From: Nitrososphaeria archaeon
GTDB taxonomy: Archaea; Thermoproteota; Nitrososphaeria; Nitrososphaerales; JAAOZN01
NCBI GenBank assembly: GCA_029775855.1
Contig: JARVJZ010000004.1
Span: 1 to 64,000 of the forward strand
Length of the DNA: 64,000 nucleotides
Reading direction: 5' to 3'
The notes beneath the pieces were generated by a model that worked only from the letters and a program-made list of their open reading frames with translations, did no database searches and was not told the DNA's origin. The position numbers and the translations under genes are program-made. Each line of letters starts with the position of its first letter. Position 1 is the first letter of the stretch. Of this stretch, positions 1 to 9,949 are shown in pieces.

Positions 1-2
1 AT

Positions 3-887
3 TTTAAGTCTGCTCAAGCCCGTTTATATCATTTAGTTTGGGATGTGTTGAGGAATGTCTCGAGTTTAAGGCCTGTAAAATCTTTGTTTGGTAAGAGGCT
101 TCCATCATATCAAGCTTGTGATTGGAAATCGCTCTTTAATTGTGTGAAGAAGTTTGTTAGTGCGGTGTCTTGGGGTCCCGTAATTCTTTTAGCTGAGGCT
201 GTTGAGGTCTTGTCGTCCATTGATTTAGAGCGTCTTAGGCGTGAGTTGAGTAGGTTTTCTTATCTATGCGACTGTGAGGATCTTGTTAGGTTTGATGATG
301 GTGTGCTGAGCTACCTTTATAGCCCTAGCTTTAACGCAGCGCTTGTTTTGGGTTTGGCTGATGTTATTAAGCGGCTTGATCTTAGGTTTGAGCGTTTTGA
401 TGGGGGGTTTAGGGGCGCTGATTTAGAGCGTACTGCTGAGATTCTTTTAAGCGGTGTGGCTAATACTCTCTTTGAGCACGAGTGGAGTCAGCTTAAAGAT
501 AGGTTGGAGTTGGCAAGGGTGCTTAGTTTAGATGTGGGAAGGTGGGTGAGGTATAATGCTTTTATCAAGCTTGGGGAGATAAGGTTTCAGAATAAGCCTC
601 TGCTTCAAATGCTGCGTAATGTGAGGAGGGGTAAGTGTATGTTAGATTTTAATGCCGTTAAAAGGGACAGTGCTTCTTCAATAGAGGCGGCTTTGGCTGA
701 AGGTGAAGCTGTTGAGGAAGTTGATAAGAGAAATTTTGTAGCTCACGCTGGGCTTGAGAAGAATGTTACGCTGGTCTGCGAGAAGAATCACGATGTGTAT
801 GTGAAGTATGATGAAAGGTTAAGAGAGAGGGTAAATAGGATATTGGCTGAACTATTTATGTCCAGCTACCAAGATTCGAGACGATGA
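3..887 (+). CDS. csx1: CRISPR-associated CARF/HEPN ribonuclease Csx1 family, 5'-truncated by the window edge
   Basis: Frame is open from base 3. C-terminal HEPN RxxxxH motif (RNFVAHAG) typical of archaeal Csx1. Directly adjacent to a CRISPR array. Confidence 0.8.
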   Translation, partial: FKSAQARLYHLVWDVLRNVSSLRPVKSLFGKRLPSYQACDWKSLFNCVKKFVSAVSWGPVILLAEAVEVLSSIDLERLRRELSRFSYLCDCEDLVRFDDGVLSYLYSPSFNAALVLGLADVIKRLDLRFERFDGGFRGADLERTAEILLSGVANTLFEHEWSQLKDRLELARVLSLDVGRWVRYNAFIKLGEIRFQNKPLLQMLRNVRRGKCMLDFNAVKRDSASSIEAALAEGEAVEEVDKRNFVAHAGLEKNVTLVCEKNHDVYVKYDERLRERVNRILAELFMSSYQDSRR

Positions 888-967
888 AGCGCTTCATCAG
901 AAGGCTTCGTCCAGCGGTCAAGCGGTAAACACTAACAAAACACGCCACTCCTTAGAAACTCTACCTG

Positions 968-2752
968 TTTTCAAATTCTCTATATAAGATTCAAATTAGA
1001 CACAAAGGACGAAAAAAGAGAACAATAATTCTTTCAATTCTCTATGTGAGATTCTGTAATAGAGAGAAACTACGGAGACTTAGGAATCTACGCTCTTTCA
1101 ATTCTCTATGTGAGATTCACACCATCTACATCTATGCCACTTCATATGTGATACTACTTTCAATTCTCTATGTGAGATTCAAAACTACCAATAAAACCAC
1201 CAATATCAGAAGAAATAAACTTTCAATTCTCTATGTGAGATTCCTCTGTTAAGGAGCAGAAAAAATGGCTGTTAAATGGGTCTTTCAATTCTCTATGTGA
1301 GATTCTGGTATATAATCATAAACGATGTAGAATACAGTCTTCACTTTCAATTCTCTATGTGAGATTCTGAAATGGGCAAAAGAACACGGCTTCACATGTT
1401 CACATCTTTCAATTCTCTATGTGAGATTCTCATAAAACACATGCCATTTTAAATATACGCATAAATTCTTTCAATTCTCTATGTGAGATTCCCGCTTCTT
1501 CCTTTGTTAGATACTCATATTTGATCAGACTTTCAATTCTCTATGTGAGATTCCTTAACACATTTTGATTTTGTAAAGTGATAAAGTAGTTTCTCTTTCA
1601 ATTCTCTATGTGAGATTCTTCATCTCGACTATGCCGATACTGTAACAAACCAAAACTTTCAATTCTCTATGTGAGATTCTAGAAGTGCTGTGGTGGTTGT
1701 GGATGGTGTGCGTTACTTTCAATTCTCTATGTGAGATTCAGCAGCTGTAAGCACAATATCTTGTAAAGTGATATCATAACTTTCAATTCTCTATGTGAGA
1801 TTCTTTTGTCCTTCAGCCATTTATTTTTACCACCATAGCTACTTTCAATTCTCTATGTGAGATTCCCAGTAGAAGTATGCATACTTGGAATGAAGGAAGT
1901 AATGACTTTCAATTCTCTATGTGAGATTCAAGTTTTTGATGCTACTGATAAGGATAAAGACAGAAGGCTTCTTTCAATTCTCTATGTGAGATTCCTGTTA
2001 CCCTATGGGGAACGCCAATAATTCCTATAATCCACGCTTTCAATTCTCTATGTGAGATTCCTGAAACTTCTCGGGTAGAAGCGCAAGTGCCTCCTGAAAT
2101 CTTTCAATTCTCTATGTGAGATTCTGGTGTAGCAATAGAAGGATTGTAATTTCTCGAAATCCAACTTTCAATTCTCTATGTGAGATTCTAAAATGCTTCA
2201 CACTATGCTTCACAAAAGATGAAATCTTTCAATTCTCTATGTGAGATTCTCGGCTTGACAACGCAGACTTGTTTAGTGCTGGAGTGAACTTTCAATTCTC
2301 TATGTGAGATTCCCAATAACAGCAGCTAATACTGCACTATCAATCTTTAACTTTCAATTCTCTATGTGAGATTCAAGACGCCTGTTAAAGCGTAGTCGAA
2401 GTTATCTAATGTACTTTCAATTCTCTATGTGAGATTCACTGAAGAAACCCGAGGTTGAAGCGGTTGGAGAAAAGGTCTTTCAATTCTCTATGTGAGATTC
2501 TGCTAGGTCTAAGGGGCTTGACGCTCCGAGGATTTGGGATCTTTCAATTCTCTATGTGAGATTCTTAACTTCGGCTACGCTATAAGGTTGCGATGGGTAT
2601 CTTTCAATTCTCTATGTGAGATTCCAAAAAATCAAAATAGTTTCGTGGAAGGAGAGAGACAGCTTTCAATTCTCTATGTGAGATTCGAAGCACCAGAAGT
2701 GCCTGCTGCACAACTTGAAGCGGAAATGCTTTCAATTCTCTATGTGAGATTC
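968..2752 (-). CRISPR. CRISPR array: 28 identical 24-bp repeats (GAATCTCACATAGAGAATTGAAAG on the minus strand) plus one degenerate terminal repeat at 968-992; 28 spacers of 36-42 bp
   Basis: CTTTCAATTCTCTATGTGAGATTC recurs from 1031 to 2752 at ~60-66 bp period. The degenerate copy at the left end and the ATTGAAAG 3' handle give minus-strand orientation. Confidence 0.99.
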
Positions 2753-2892
2753 CGACTCTTTTTCTCGCCTCTTTATATGGTTTTGGGTTTGATTTAAGGC
2801 TTTCTGCTGTTGGTTGTGGTGCTACCCCCCATCTTGCACCACACTATATAAAGGGGTAGCGGAAAACCTACCCTAAAGTAAGTTGATTAGAG
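2753..2892 (-). promoter_or_regulatory. CRISPR leader
   Basis: Non-coding, next to the non-degenerate end of the array. Minus-strand BRE/TATA-like AAAGCCTTAAAT lies ~40 nt from the first repeat, and TTTATATA lies near 2850. Confidence 0.7.
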
Positions 2893-4311
2893 CTAACTTC
2901 TCTGTCTACCTCTTCTTGCCAAGTGTATAGCTTCTCCTAAAGCGTCTAACACAGCTTCCTTAAAGGCTTCGGAGAGAGTTGGGTGTGGATGTATAGTCTT
3001 GGCCACATCACTGAGGGTTGCACCCATCTTCATAGCTAAAGCAGCCTCTGGAATAAGGTCTGAAGCCCTCGGTCCAAATATGTGTACACCTATTATCCGC
3101 TTACTCTCCTTTTCAGCCAAGACCTTTACCACACCCTCAGTCTCACCTAATGTAAGAGCTCTGCCGCTAGCCGTTAAAGGAAATCTGCCTGAAACAAAGT
3201 TGATCTTCTGCTCCCTCGCCTGCTGAGTGGTCAAGCCTACAGCAGCAACCTCAGGCATAGTATATATGCACCTAGGTACAACCCTACCATCATAAGTCGA
3301 ATTCAACCCCATCGCGTTCTCAGCAGCAACCACACCTTGCTCCGAAGCCACATGCGCTAAACTCACAGTCACAACATCCCCAACGGCGTAAATACCTTTA
3401 ACAGAAGTCTCCATCCTCTCGTTAACCGTTATCCCCTTCTTCGTATATGCAACGCCAACCTCATCTAAACCGAGACCTTCAACATTAGGTACATGCCCAG
3501 CTGCAAGAAGCACCCTTTCAACCGAGACTCTAGTCTCACCGCCATCTGAGCTGATAACAGCTTCAACAGCACCATCCTTCGCTCTCACGCTCTTAACCAC
3601 GCTCTTAGTGTAAACTGAGACACCAAATGCTGACAAAGCTCTCTCAAGCCTAACACCCATCTCCTCATCCTCTAAAGGCAGCAGTGTGCTCATCATCTCA
3701 ACCAAAACAACCTTAGAGCCTAAGTTAGAGTAGATCGTTGCGAATTCAACACCCTCTGGGCCACCGCCGATTATCAGAAGGGATTCGGGTATCTTCTTAG
3801 GTGATAGAGCATCGTGCTCATTCGTCATAACATCTACATCACTCAACCCAAGGATAGGGATCAGACGGGTCTTAGAGCCGGTAGCCAGAATAATAGACTT
3901 ACCTTCAACCTCGGTCTTCGACCCGTCAGCACCGCTGACTACAACCGTGTTGGGGTTCTTCAACCTCCCTCTGCCACGAATCAAAGACACACCGTATGAG
4001 TCAAGCAGATACTTTATCCCATCCCTCAACTTCGACACAACATCATCCTTACGCTTAACAATCACCTCTAAGCTGAAGTCAATAGAACCTAAAATAACAC
4101 CAAACTCCCTAGCCCTTCGAGCCTCAACCAGACACTCAACACTTCGAAGAAGCGCTTTAGTAGGTATACAACCCCAGTTGGTGCAGGTGCCGCCTAAATC
4201 AGCAGCTTCAACAAGCGCCACTTTACCCCCTAGCTGCGCAGCCCTTATAGCAGCAACATAACCCCCAGGACCGCCACCAACAACTACAACATCATATTTA
4301 CCGTTAGACAT
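2893..4311 (-). CDS. lpdA: dihydrolipoamide dehydrogenase
   Basis: GGGPGG FAD motif, GGTCTNWGCIP redox disulfide, C-terminal HPHPTLSEA. Confidence 0.95.
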   Translation of the reverse strand: MSNGKYDVVVVGGGPGGYVAAIRAAQLGGKVALVEAADLGGTCTNWGCIPTKALLRSVECLVEARRAREFGVILGSIDFSLEVIVKRKDDVVSKLRDGIKYLLDSYGVSLIRGRGRLKNPNTVVVSGADGSKTEVEGKSIILATGSKTRLIPILGLSDVDVMTNEHDALSPKKIPESLLIIGGGPEGVEFATIYSNLGSKVVLVEMMSTLLPLEDEEMGVRLERALSAFGVSVYTKSVVKSVRAKDGAVEAVISSDGGETRVSVERVLLAAGHVPNVEGLGLDEVGVAYTKKGITVNERMETSVKGIYAVGDVVTVSLAHVASEQGVVAAENAMGLNSTYDGRVVPRCIYTMPEVAAVGLTTQQAREQKINFVSGRFPLTASGRALTLGETEGVVKVLAEKESKRIIGVHIFGPRASDLIPEAALAMKMGATLSDVAKTIHPHPTLSEAFKEAVLDALGEAIHLARRGRQRS

Positions 4312-4347
4312 CAGATAGAGCCTTTCACATGTCGTATTTTTGGTTTA

Positions 4348-5001
4348 CTAGACTGATATCCTACTATCTTCTCTAGGGATGGCTTCAAACGGAACTTCAG
4401 GAAACTTCGCTCTAAGCTCTTCTTCAGCAACCCTAGTAGCCTCCTCTATAATCTGCTCAGCATCTGCGTTCGCGGTCTTAACATCGAGTTGGAAGCCTTC
4501 GTGTGTCGCAGCGTCAACAAGTATGCCGTTAAGCAGAGTAGAGATCTCTGAAAAGCCCTCCTCAGCCTGAGGCATAACCTCGCTAACTATGTCTTGAACA
4601 CTCCTAACAGCCGCAGCAGCTGGAGCGAGTATAGCAGCCACATCACCAGCATCGGTTATCGTATTAATTCTAATACAGATCCTCTCTAAAGCAAGTTTGG
4701 CGAATATCACTTGTTTAATCAGCTTCCTAACTTGGGTCAGCTCGTTGGCGTAGATGCTCGCCTTCCGCTTATTCCTCAGTTTGATACACTTGATCACCTC
4801 ACCGAATATATGCTTATCACGCTCCTTAAGACGCAGCAGCAAAGTATCTAAAGAGATGATCTGCGCTTGAATAGACTTTACCGCCTCCTCCAGCTTTTTC
4901 TTCGTAATATTTGGATTTCGCAGCCTCTTAACGATCTTCTTACCCAAGAATTTCTTATCTGATTTATCCCATTTAGATGTAAAGTGCGACATGTTGAGCA
5001 T
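4348..5001 (-). CDS. ESCRT-III / Snf7-family CdvB-like protein (true start may be ATG at 4992)
   Basis: Helical Snf7 pattern (KASIYANELTQVRK...LALERI.IRINTITDAGD...AEQIIEEA...AKFPEVP) characteristic of TACK CdvB paralogues. Confidence 0.85.
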   Translation of the reverse strand: MLNMSHFTSKWDKSDKKFLGKKIVKRLRNPNITKKKLEEAVKSIQAQIISLDTLLLRLKERDKHIFGEVIKCIKLRNKRKASIYANELTQVRKLIKQVIFAKLALERICIRINTITDAGDVAAILAPAAAAVRSVQDIVSEVMPQAEEGFSEISTLLNGILVDAATHEGFQLDVKTANADAEQIIEEATRVAEEELRAKFPEVPFEAIPREDSRISV

Positions 5002-5145
5002 AGTTATCTTCCAGTAGCCCTCTATAACATCAAGTTCAAAAGCATCGACAATCTGCTTAAAATGTGTGAACCTCTACTGCCGCAAATTTGTCTATTTAGT
5101 CGATAATTCTTCACATACTCTATCTTTGCCTAAGCCAACCCAAAT

Positions 5146-5709
5146 ATGCTAAAGGTGAACACCTTGCCCGACATAATAATAATTACATTGGTAGGCATGG
5201 TCACAATCGCCTCAATCGTGCTCGCAAGTTCCTACAAGAGGCTGTGGAAGGGCACCCTCAAGAGCGTAAACACAATAGGCTTGATAGAATCAGCTCAACC
5301 ATTCACACCACCAACAACTAACGAAGAAACACAGACCAAAGAAACATCAGTATGCAGCGAACCTACAGCAGCACCTATAGTAGAAGAGCAAAACAAGCCA
5401 CTAGAACAAATAACAAACATCGAATCACACACCACACCAGTAGTCGAAGCACCACAACCCATCACTACTATTGAATCACGAAATGAAGCACAGCTACAAC
5501 CACCAACACCAGCAGAACCCTCTATAGGCTCGCCAACAGAGGCAGCGCCACAACCACCAGCATCAATAGAGCCGCCCAAAGATACAGCAACAAAGACAAC
5601 AAGCAGAACATCTAGAAGAAAGAGAAGCACAACAACCACCAGAGCCAAAAGAAGATCTAAGAAAGCAGCGGAAGCAAAACAGAATACTGAGACGCAGCCG
5701 ACTAGCTAA
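5146..5709 (+). CDS. membrane-anchored Pro/Thr/Glu-rich protein with basic C-terminal tail
   Basis: N-terminal hydrophobic helix, low-complexity PTE linker, Arg/Lys/Thr-rich tail. Fills the gap between flanking genes. Confidence 0.7.
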   Translation: MLKVNTLPDIIIITLVGMVTIASIVLASSYKRLWKGTLKSVNTIGLIESAQPFTPPTTNEETQTKETSVCSEPTAAPIVEEQNKPLEQITNIESHTTPVVEAPQPITTIESRNEAQLQPPTPAEPSIGSPTEAAPQPPASIEPPKDTATKTTSRTSRRKRSTTTTRAKRRSKKAAEAKQNTETQPTS

Positions 5710-6704
5710 CCCAAAGGTCTAACACGAACAACATCTGGGTTAGCTAAATGTAGCGGAAGCCTTCCTGTAAGCACAGCTACCAAGTTCTCGGCTGCGAGCT
5801 CAGCCATCCTCTTTCTTGTCTCTATAGTTGCACTACCTATATGAGGGGTTAGCAGAACATTCTCAAATTGAAGAAGTGGGCTGTCTTTAGGTAATGGTTC
5901 AACACTATATACATCCAAGGCAACTCCTTTAATCCACCTCTCCCTAAGAGCCTTGATCAAGGCTGCCTCATCTATTATTGCACCTCTTGATGTATTGACC
6001 AAGTATGCAGTAGGCTTCATCAAACGCAATCGCGCTTCATTTATCAAACCCCTAGTCTGTTCTGTTAAAGGTAGATGAATGGTCACGAAATCAGACTCTG
6101 AGAGAAGCTCATCCAATGCAGAATATCTTGCACCAACATCCTTCTCTCTATCTTCAGCGAGCCTATGCCTCTGATAATATAAGATACGCATGTCAAAGCC
6201 TCTAGCCCTTTTAGCTACAGCATACCCTATCCTACCCATACCTACTATCCCCAGAGTCTTACCATAAACGTCAGAGCCTAAGAAAAAGTTAGGCGACCAC
6301 GCAACCCTCCATAATCCACCTCGAAGAAAACGCTCAGCCTCAGAGACCCTCCTCGCTATGCCGAGCAGAAGAGCCCAAGTCAGATCCGCAGTCGCATCGG
6401 TTAAAACATCAGGAGTATAGGTCACATAAATGCCCCGCCTTGTTGCAGCATCGAGGTCAATGTGATCTAAACCCACACTCATAGAACTTATAACCTTAAG
6501 CCTTTTAGCCTTCTCTAATAGATCTAAGTCAAACTTATCAGATAACATACAGAGCACACCATCAGCATCACCTATATTTACCTCAAGCCACTCACTACCA
6601 GGAGGCTCATCACTATCATACAACCTCACCTTAAACCTACTCGAAAGCAAGTTTAAAGCAGACTCGGCTATACGCCTAGTCACAACAACAGTCTCCTTTA
6701 CCAA
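5706..6704 (-). CDS. gyaR: glyoxylate reductase / D-2-hydroxyacid dehydrogenase
   Basis: SVGLDHID, GIVGMGRIG, NTSRGAIIDE, LDVYSVEP and TPHIGSAT motifs. Confidence 0.9.
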   Translation of the reverse strand: MVKETVVVTRRIAESALNLLSSRFKVRLYDSDEPPGSEWLEVNIGDADGVLCMLSDKFDLDLLEKAKRLKVISSMSVGLDHIDLDAATRRGIYVTYTPDVLTDATADLTWALLLGIARRVSEAERFLRGGLWRVAWSPNFFLGSDVYGKTLGIVGMGRIGYAVAKRARGFDMRILYYQRHRLAEDREKDVGARYSALDELLSESDFVTIHLPLTEQTRGLINEARLRLMKPTAYLVNTSRGAIIDEAALIKALRERWIKGVALDVYSVEPLPKDSPLLQFENVLLTPHIGSATIETRKRMAELAAENLVAVLTGRLPLHLANPDVVRVRPLG

Positions 6705-6777
6705 CTACAGCACCACAAACCTAACCAAACACCCATAGGAAAACTTTTAACACCTAACTTTACTAACACCCTTAGAA

Positions 6778-9456
6778 ATGTATTCTGAATCAACCAGAAG
6801 AGCTGGAAGATGGATTACTCTACTCGCCGCACTTCTTATAATTCTAATAGTATTCGCTAGCATAGGTGGACAGATACTATGGTTCTGGCTTAACATAGCA
6901 GAGTTCAACGAACTCTACCTCAAACCAATCTATTACGAGCTCTACGCTGGAATAATATTAGCAGCGATAGCGCTCTTCAGAATAGACTTCAAGAACAGAA
7001 GATCAATCGTATGGTGGCTCATACCTCTAATCCTTAGAATCATAAGGGAAAGGGGCTACCTAGAAGCTGTCCCGAGAAGATATTATGATTTTAAAAACTT
7101 CAAAATGCCCATCGTAAAGTTCCTTATGTGGCAGATCACCAAGGTTCTTTTAGGCATCATCTTCTTCAGAAACCTCTTCTTCGGTATGGCTCTCTCAACT
7201 GTTCAACAAGAAGAGCTAAGCATCAGTATAGGAAAACTACCTAAGCTTATAACACTACCTTTTATAACACCACCCCTTAACGACCTTACCTACGCTACAG
7301 AAATTGTTGTACCACTCATGCCCCTTCTTACATTATTCGTAACTCCTATCTTAAGCGCCTTAGGCACAAGACTCACACTCTTAGTAGGTCTCACACAAAT
7401 CCTTAAGATCACTACACCTACAACCGAAGAAATTTCCATGGGAAGCATCCGCATAGGTTGGCGAATAGCTGTAGTAGAGGGTCTAATAGCATTAGCATTA
7501 TTCTGGACCTTGATTAACACCCTTTTCCCCTCTAATATAGACTACAACACACGCTACTACATAGGTGGATTGGCTGCAGGCACCCTAATCTTCACAGCCT
7601 TAGCACTAATAGATAGAAGAGGAAGAACCATATTCACATCCAGAACACTAGCCCTAAGAATAGTACCCATACTCATACTACTTCTAACCGTAGGCTCACT
7701 TATGGCAATAAACAACAGCATAGCAGACGCTAGAAAGGTAGAATGGCTCGGACCATACACCACACAGCAGATAGCTGTCAACCGATACCTAGCCCAACTA
7801 GACGAAATAAAAGAATACAGATACAACTTTAGCGTACCAAATATCGGACTATCAGACATACCAAACCTAATTGAAAGAAACAGAGAACTACTAAGCAAAG
7901 TCAGACTCTGGGACCCCCAAGCAGCATTCGCCAAGCTCAAACCAGACATCGGACTCATACCTTACGTTGACTTTGCTGACGCCGACATCCTAAGGTTTAA
8001 CGGCACACTCTACTGGAGCGCCTCCATGAAACCCATCCTACCAAAGACCGTCAGAGCAGAAGACAGATGGTTCTCAGAGCACCTATACTACACAAACGTC
8101 CCAAACGGTTTTCTTATGCTCGAAGGACACAGCGGCAGAAGCGTAGACTCAAGCACATTCTTCAAGCAGCGAACCATCTACTATGGAGAATCAGGCCTCT
8201 TCACAGAAACGTGGGCTGCTAAACCAGTAAACGCAGCTATACTGCAGCCAGAAGTTGGCGGCGGCTCTTATAAGGGTAAAGGAGGCGTAGTTATAGACCC
8301 ACCTATAAGCTGGCTCTTCGACGTCAACTTCTTCTGGGCTTACCGAGATACACCTATTCAAGTTCTTAGGTATAGAGATGTTATCTCAAGGGTTGACCTG
8401 CTCTTACCCTACTTCCAATACTATTGGGGTGAAAAGACAGTGGACATATTCCCAGTCACTGATGGTGTAGATACATACTATATGGTGCCTTTGATCGTGG
8501 CTTTAGACACCAGACACGTTCCTTGGAGTGTTAGCAACCCATATGTGAGACTAGTAGGATACGCCTTCATAGACGTATATGACGGCACGCTCCACATCTA
8601 CGTGATAGGTGAAGACTTCTTAAGCAGGATCTTCAAAGATGCGTATCAGGAATACATCATACCCGCGTTACCAGATGTAATCAAGCGCCAACTACGCTAC
8701 CCAGAAGAACTCTTTGAGTGGAGGATAAGTATGTATAACTTCTACCATGTAAAAGATGCTGAAACATTTATAGTGGCAAGAGAATTCTTCGAGGTCCCTC
8801 AAGGATTAGATACATACTTCGTGATAGCGAAGCCACCCACTTTCAACCAAACCGAGTTCGTAGGCTTACTTTCGCTAGAGCTAAAAGGAGCTGGTGGCAG
8901 AAACTTAGCCGGATACATGGTGGTTAGAAACGACCCTCCACATCTAGGTGAAATGATATTCTACGCTGTGCCTATAGATTCGCCTACGAAGCTTCTTGGC
9001 CCTACCGCAGTCCTCGAAGCGCTACAAAAGAACCCAGAATTTGCCCAACTAAGAACACTCTGGGGGAACAAATCAAGGATAGGGGATACAATCTTCTACC
9101 AGATAGACGAACAAGACATCTACATAATACCCGTCTACACAGCTGGAGCGGGCGGGGTTGTCACAGAACTAGGCGTTATAGCAGCAATAGGCGCAGCTTT
9201 CACAGGAGAATACTATGTTGGGCTAGGTAGCAATGTATATGAAGCATACAGAAGCTTCTTAATCAGAGTCGCAAATGTAACAACAGCTCCTCCTCCATCT
9301 GAACTTACACTACAGGAACTTATACAGCAAGCCAATAGGCTCCTACAATCTTATCTAGAAGCTTGGTCCAAAGGTAGATATGAGGAGGCTGGTAGAAACC
9401 TAGAAGCCTTCCTAGATACTTGGAGGATGATCGTTGAGCGTAGTGGCGGAGGTTAG
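6778..9456 (+). CDS. UPF0182 family integral membrane protein
   Basis: Multi-TM N-terminal half; KVRLWDP, RTIYYGE, IDVYDGT and QLRYPEELF motifs. Confidence 0.85.
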   Translation: MYSESTRRAGRWITLLAALLIILIVFASIGGQILWFWLNIAEFNELYLKPIYYELYAGIILAAIALFRIDFKNRRSIVWWLIPLILRIIRERGYLEAVPRRYYDFKNFKMPIVKFLMWQITKVLLGIIFFRNLFFGMALSTVQQEELSISIGKLPKLITLPFITPPLNDLTYATEIVVPLMPLLTLFVTPILSALGTRLTLLVGLTQILKITTPTTEEISMGSIRIGWRIAVVEGLIALALFWTLINTLFPSNIDYNTRYYIGGLAAGTLIFTALALIDRRGRTIFTSRTLALRIVPILILLLTVGSLMAINNSIADARKVEWLGPYTTQQIAVNRYLAQLDEIKEYRYNFSVPNIGLSDIPNLIERNRELLSKVRLWDPQAAFAKLKPDIGLIPYVDFADADILRFNGTLYWSASMKPILPKTVRAEDRWFSEHLYYTNVPNGFLMLEGHSGRSVDSSTFFKQRTIYYGESGLFTETWAAKPVNAAILQPEVGGGSYKGKGGVVIDPPISWLFDVNFFWAYRDTPIQVLRYRDVISRVDLLLPYFQYYWGEKTVDIFPVTDGVDTYYMVPLIVALDTRHVPWSVSNPYVRLVGYAFIDVYDGTLHIYVIGEDFLSRIFKDAYQEYIIPALPDVIKRQLRYPEELFEWRISMYNFYHVKDAETFIVAREFFEVPQGLDTYFVIAKPPTFNQTEFVGLLSLELKGAGGRNLAGYMVVRNDPPHLGEMIFYAVPIDSPTKLLGPTAVLEALQKNPEFAQLRTLWGNKSRIGDTIFYQIDEQDIYIIPVYTAGAGGVVTELGVIAAIGAAFTGEYYVGLGSNVYEAYRSFLIRVANVTTAPPPSELTLQELIQQANRLLQSYLEAWSKGRYEEAGRNLEAFLDTWRMIVERSGGG

Positions 9457-9462
9457 CCGTGT

Positions 9463-9942
9463 ATGAGTGCAAGAAGAAAAGATAGTTATAGAGAGGACGC
9501 GCTAAAGACATCAACAATAGCATTAGCGCTTATAGCTCTAGCACTTGTCCTTTTGGTCACGATTAGGATACAAAGGGGGCTGATAGGGTTTGTGCTCGCA
9601 GGACTAGCTGTTGCGCTTGTGATCTACTGGCTCAGGGAACTTTACAGCGCGGCTAGGAAGGAGATGACCCCCAGCGTTGCGAAGCAGAAGAAGTGGTTCT
9701 ATGACATTATAGACGAGAAGGAAAGTATAACGATAGTAGCTGAGGTGCCGGGACCTGAAGAGTTAGTTAAAGCTGAAGTCATAGGTAGAACGATAAAGAT
9801 CTATGGAGGTCAAGACTTTGCCAAGGAGGTTAAACTTTCCAAAGACTGTGAACTTATTCACACAAGCTACATTAATGGAGTGCTAAATGTAAAGCTAAGG
9901 AAGAAGATCAACGACAAATTAAGCGAAACAAAGAGCAGCTAG
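9463..9942 (+). CDS. Hsp20/alpha-crystallin domain protein with two N-terminal TM helices
   Basis: ITIVAEVPG...YINGVLNVKLRK alpha-crystallin signature after a hydrophobic hairpin. Confidence 0.8.
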   Translation: MSARRKDSYREDALKTSTIALALIALALVLLVTIRIQRGLIGFVLAGLAVALVIYWLRELYSAARKEMTPSVAKQKKWFYDIIDEKESITIVAEVPGPEELVKAEVIGRTIKIYGGQDFAKEVKLSKDCELIHTSYINGVLNVKLRKKINDKLSETKSS

Positions 9943-9949
9943 ACCTATC

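Noticed and set aside
1740-1779. Self-targeting spacer (CTGTAAGCACA also occurs near 5765 in gyaR)
   Set aside because: Only an ~11-nt match, expected by chance; no full-length self match was noticed in the window.
1046-2797. ORFs 1046-1252 and 2534-2797 with repeated SFNSLCEI / LSILYVRF peptides
   Set aside because: They are translations of CRISPR repeats and spacers.
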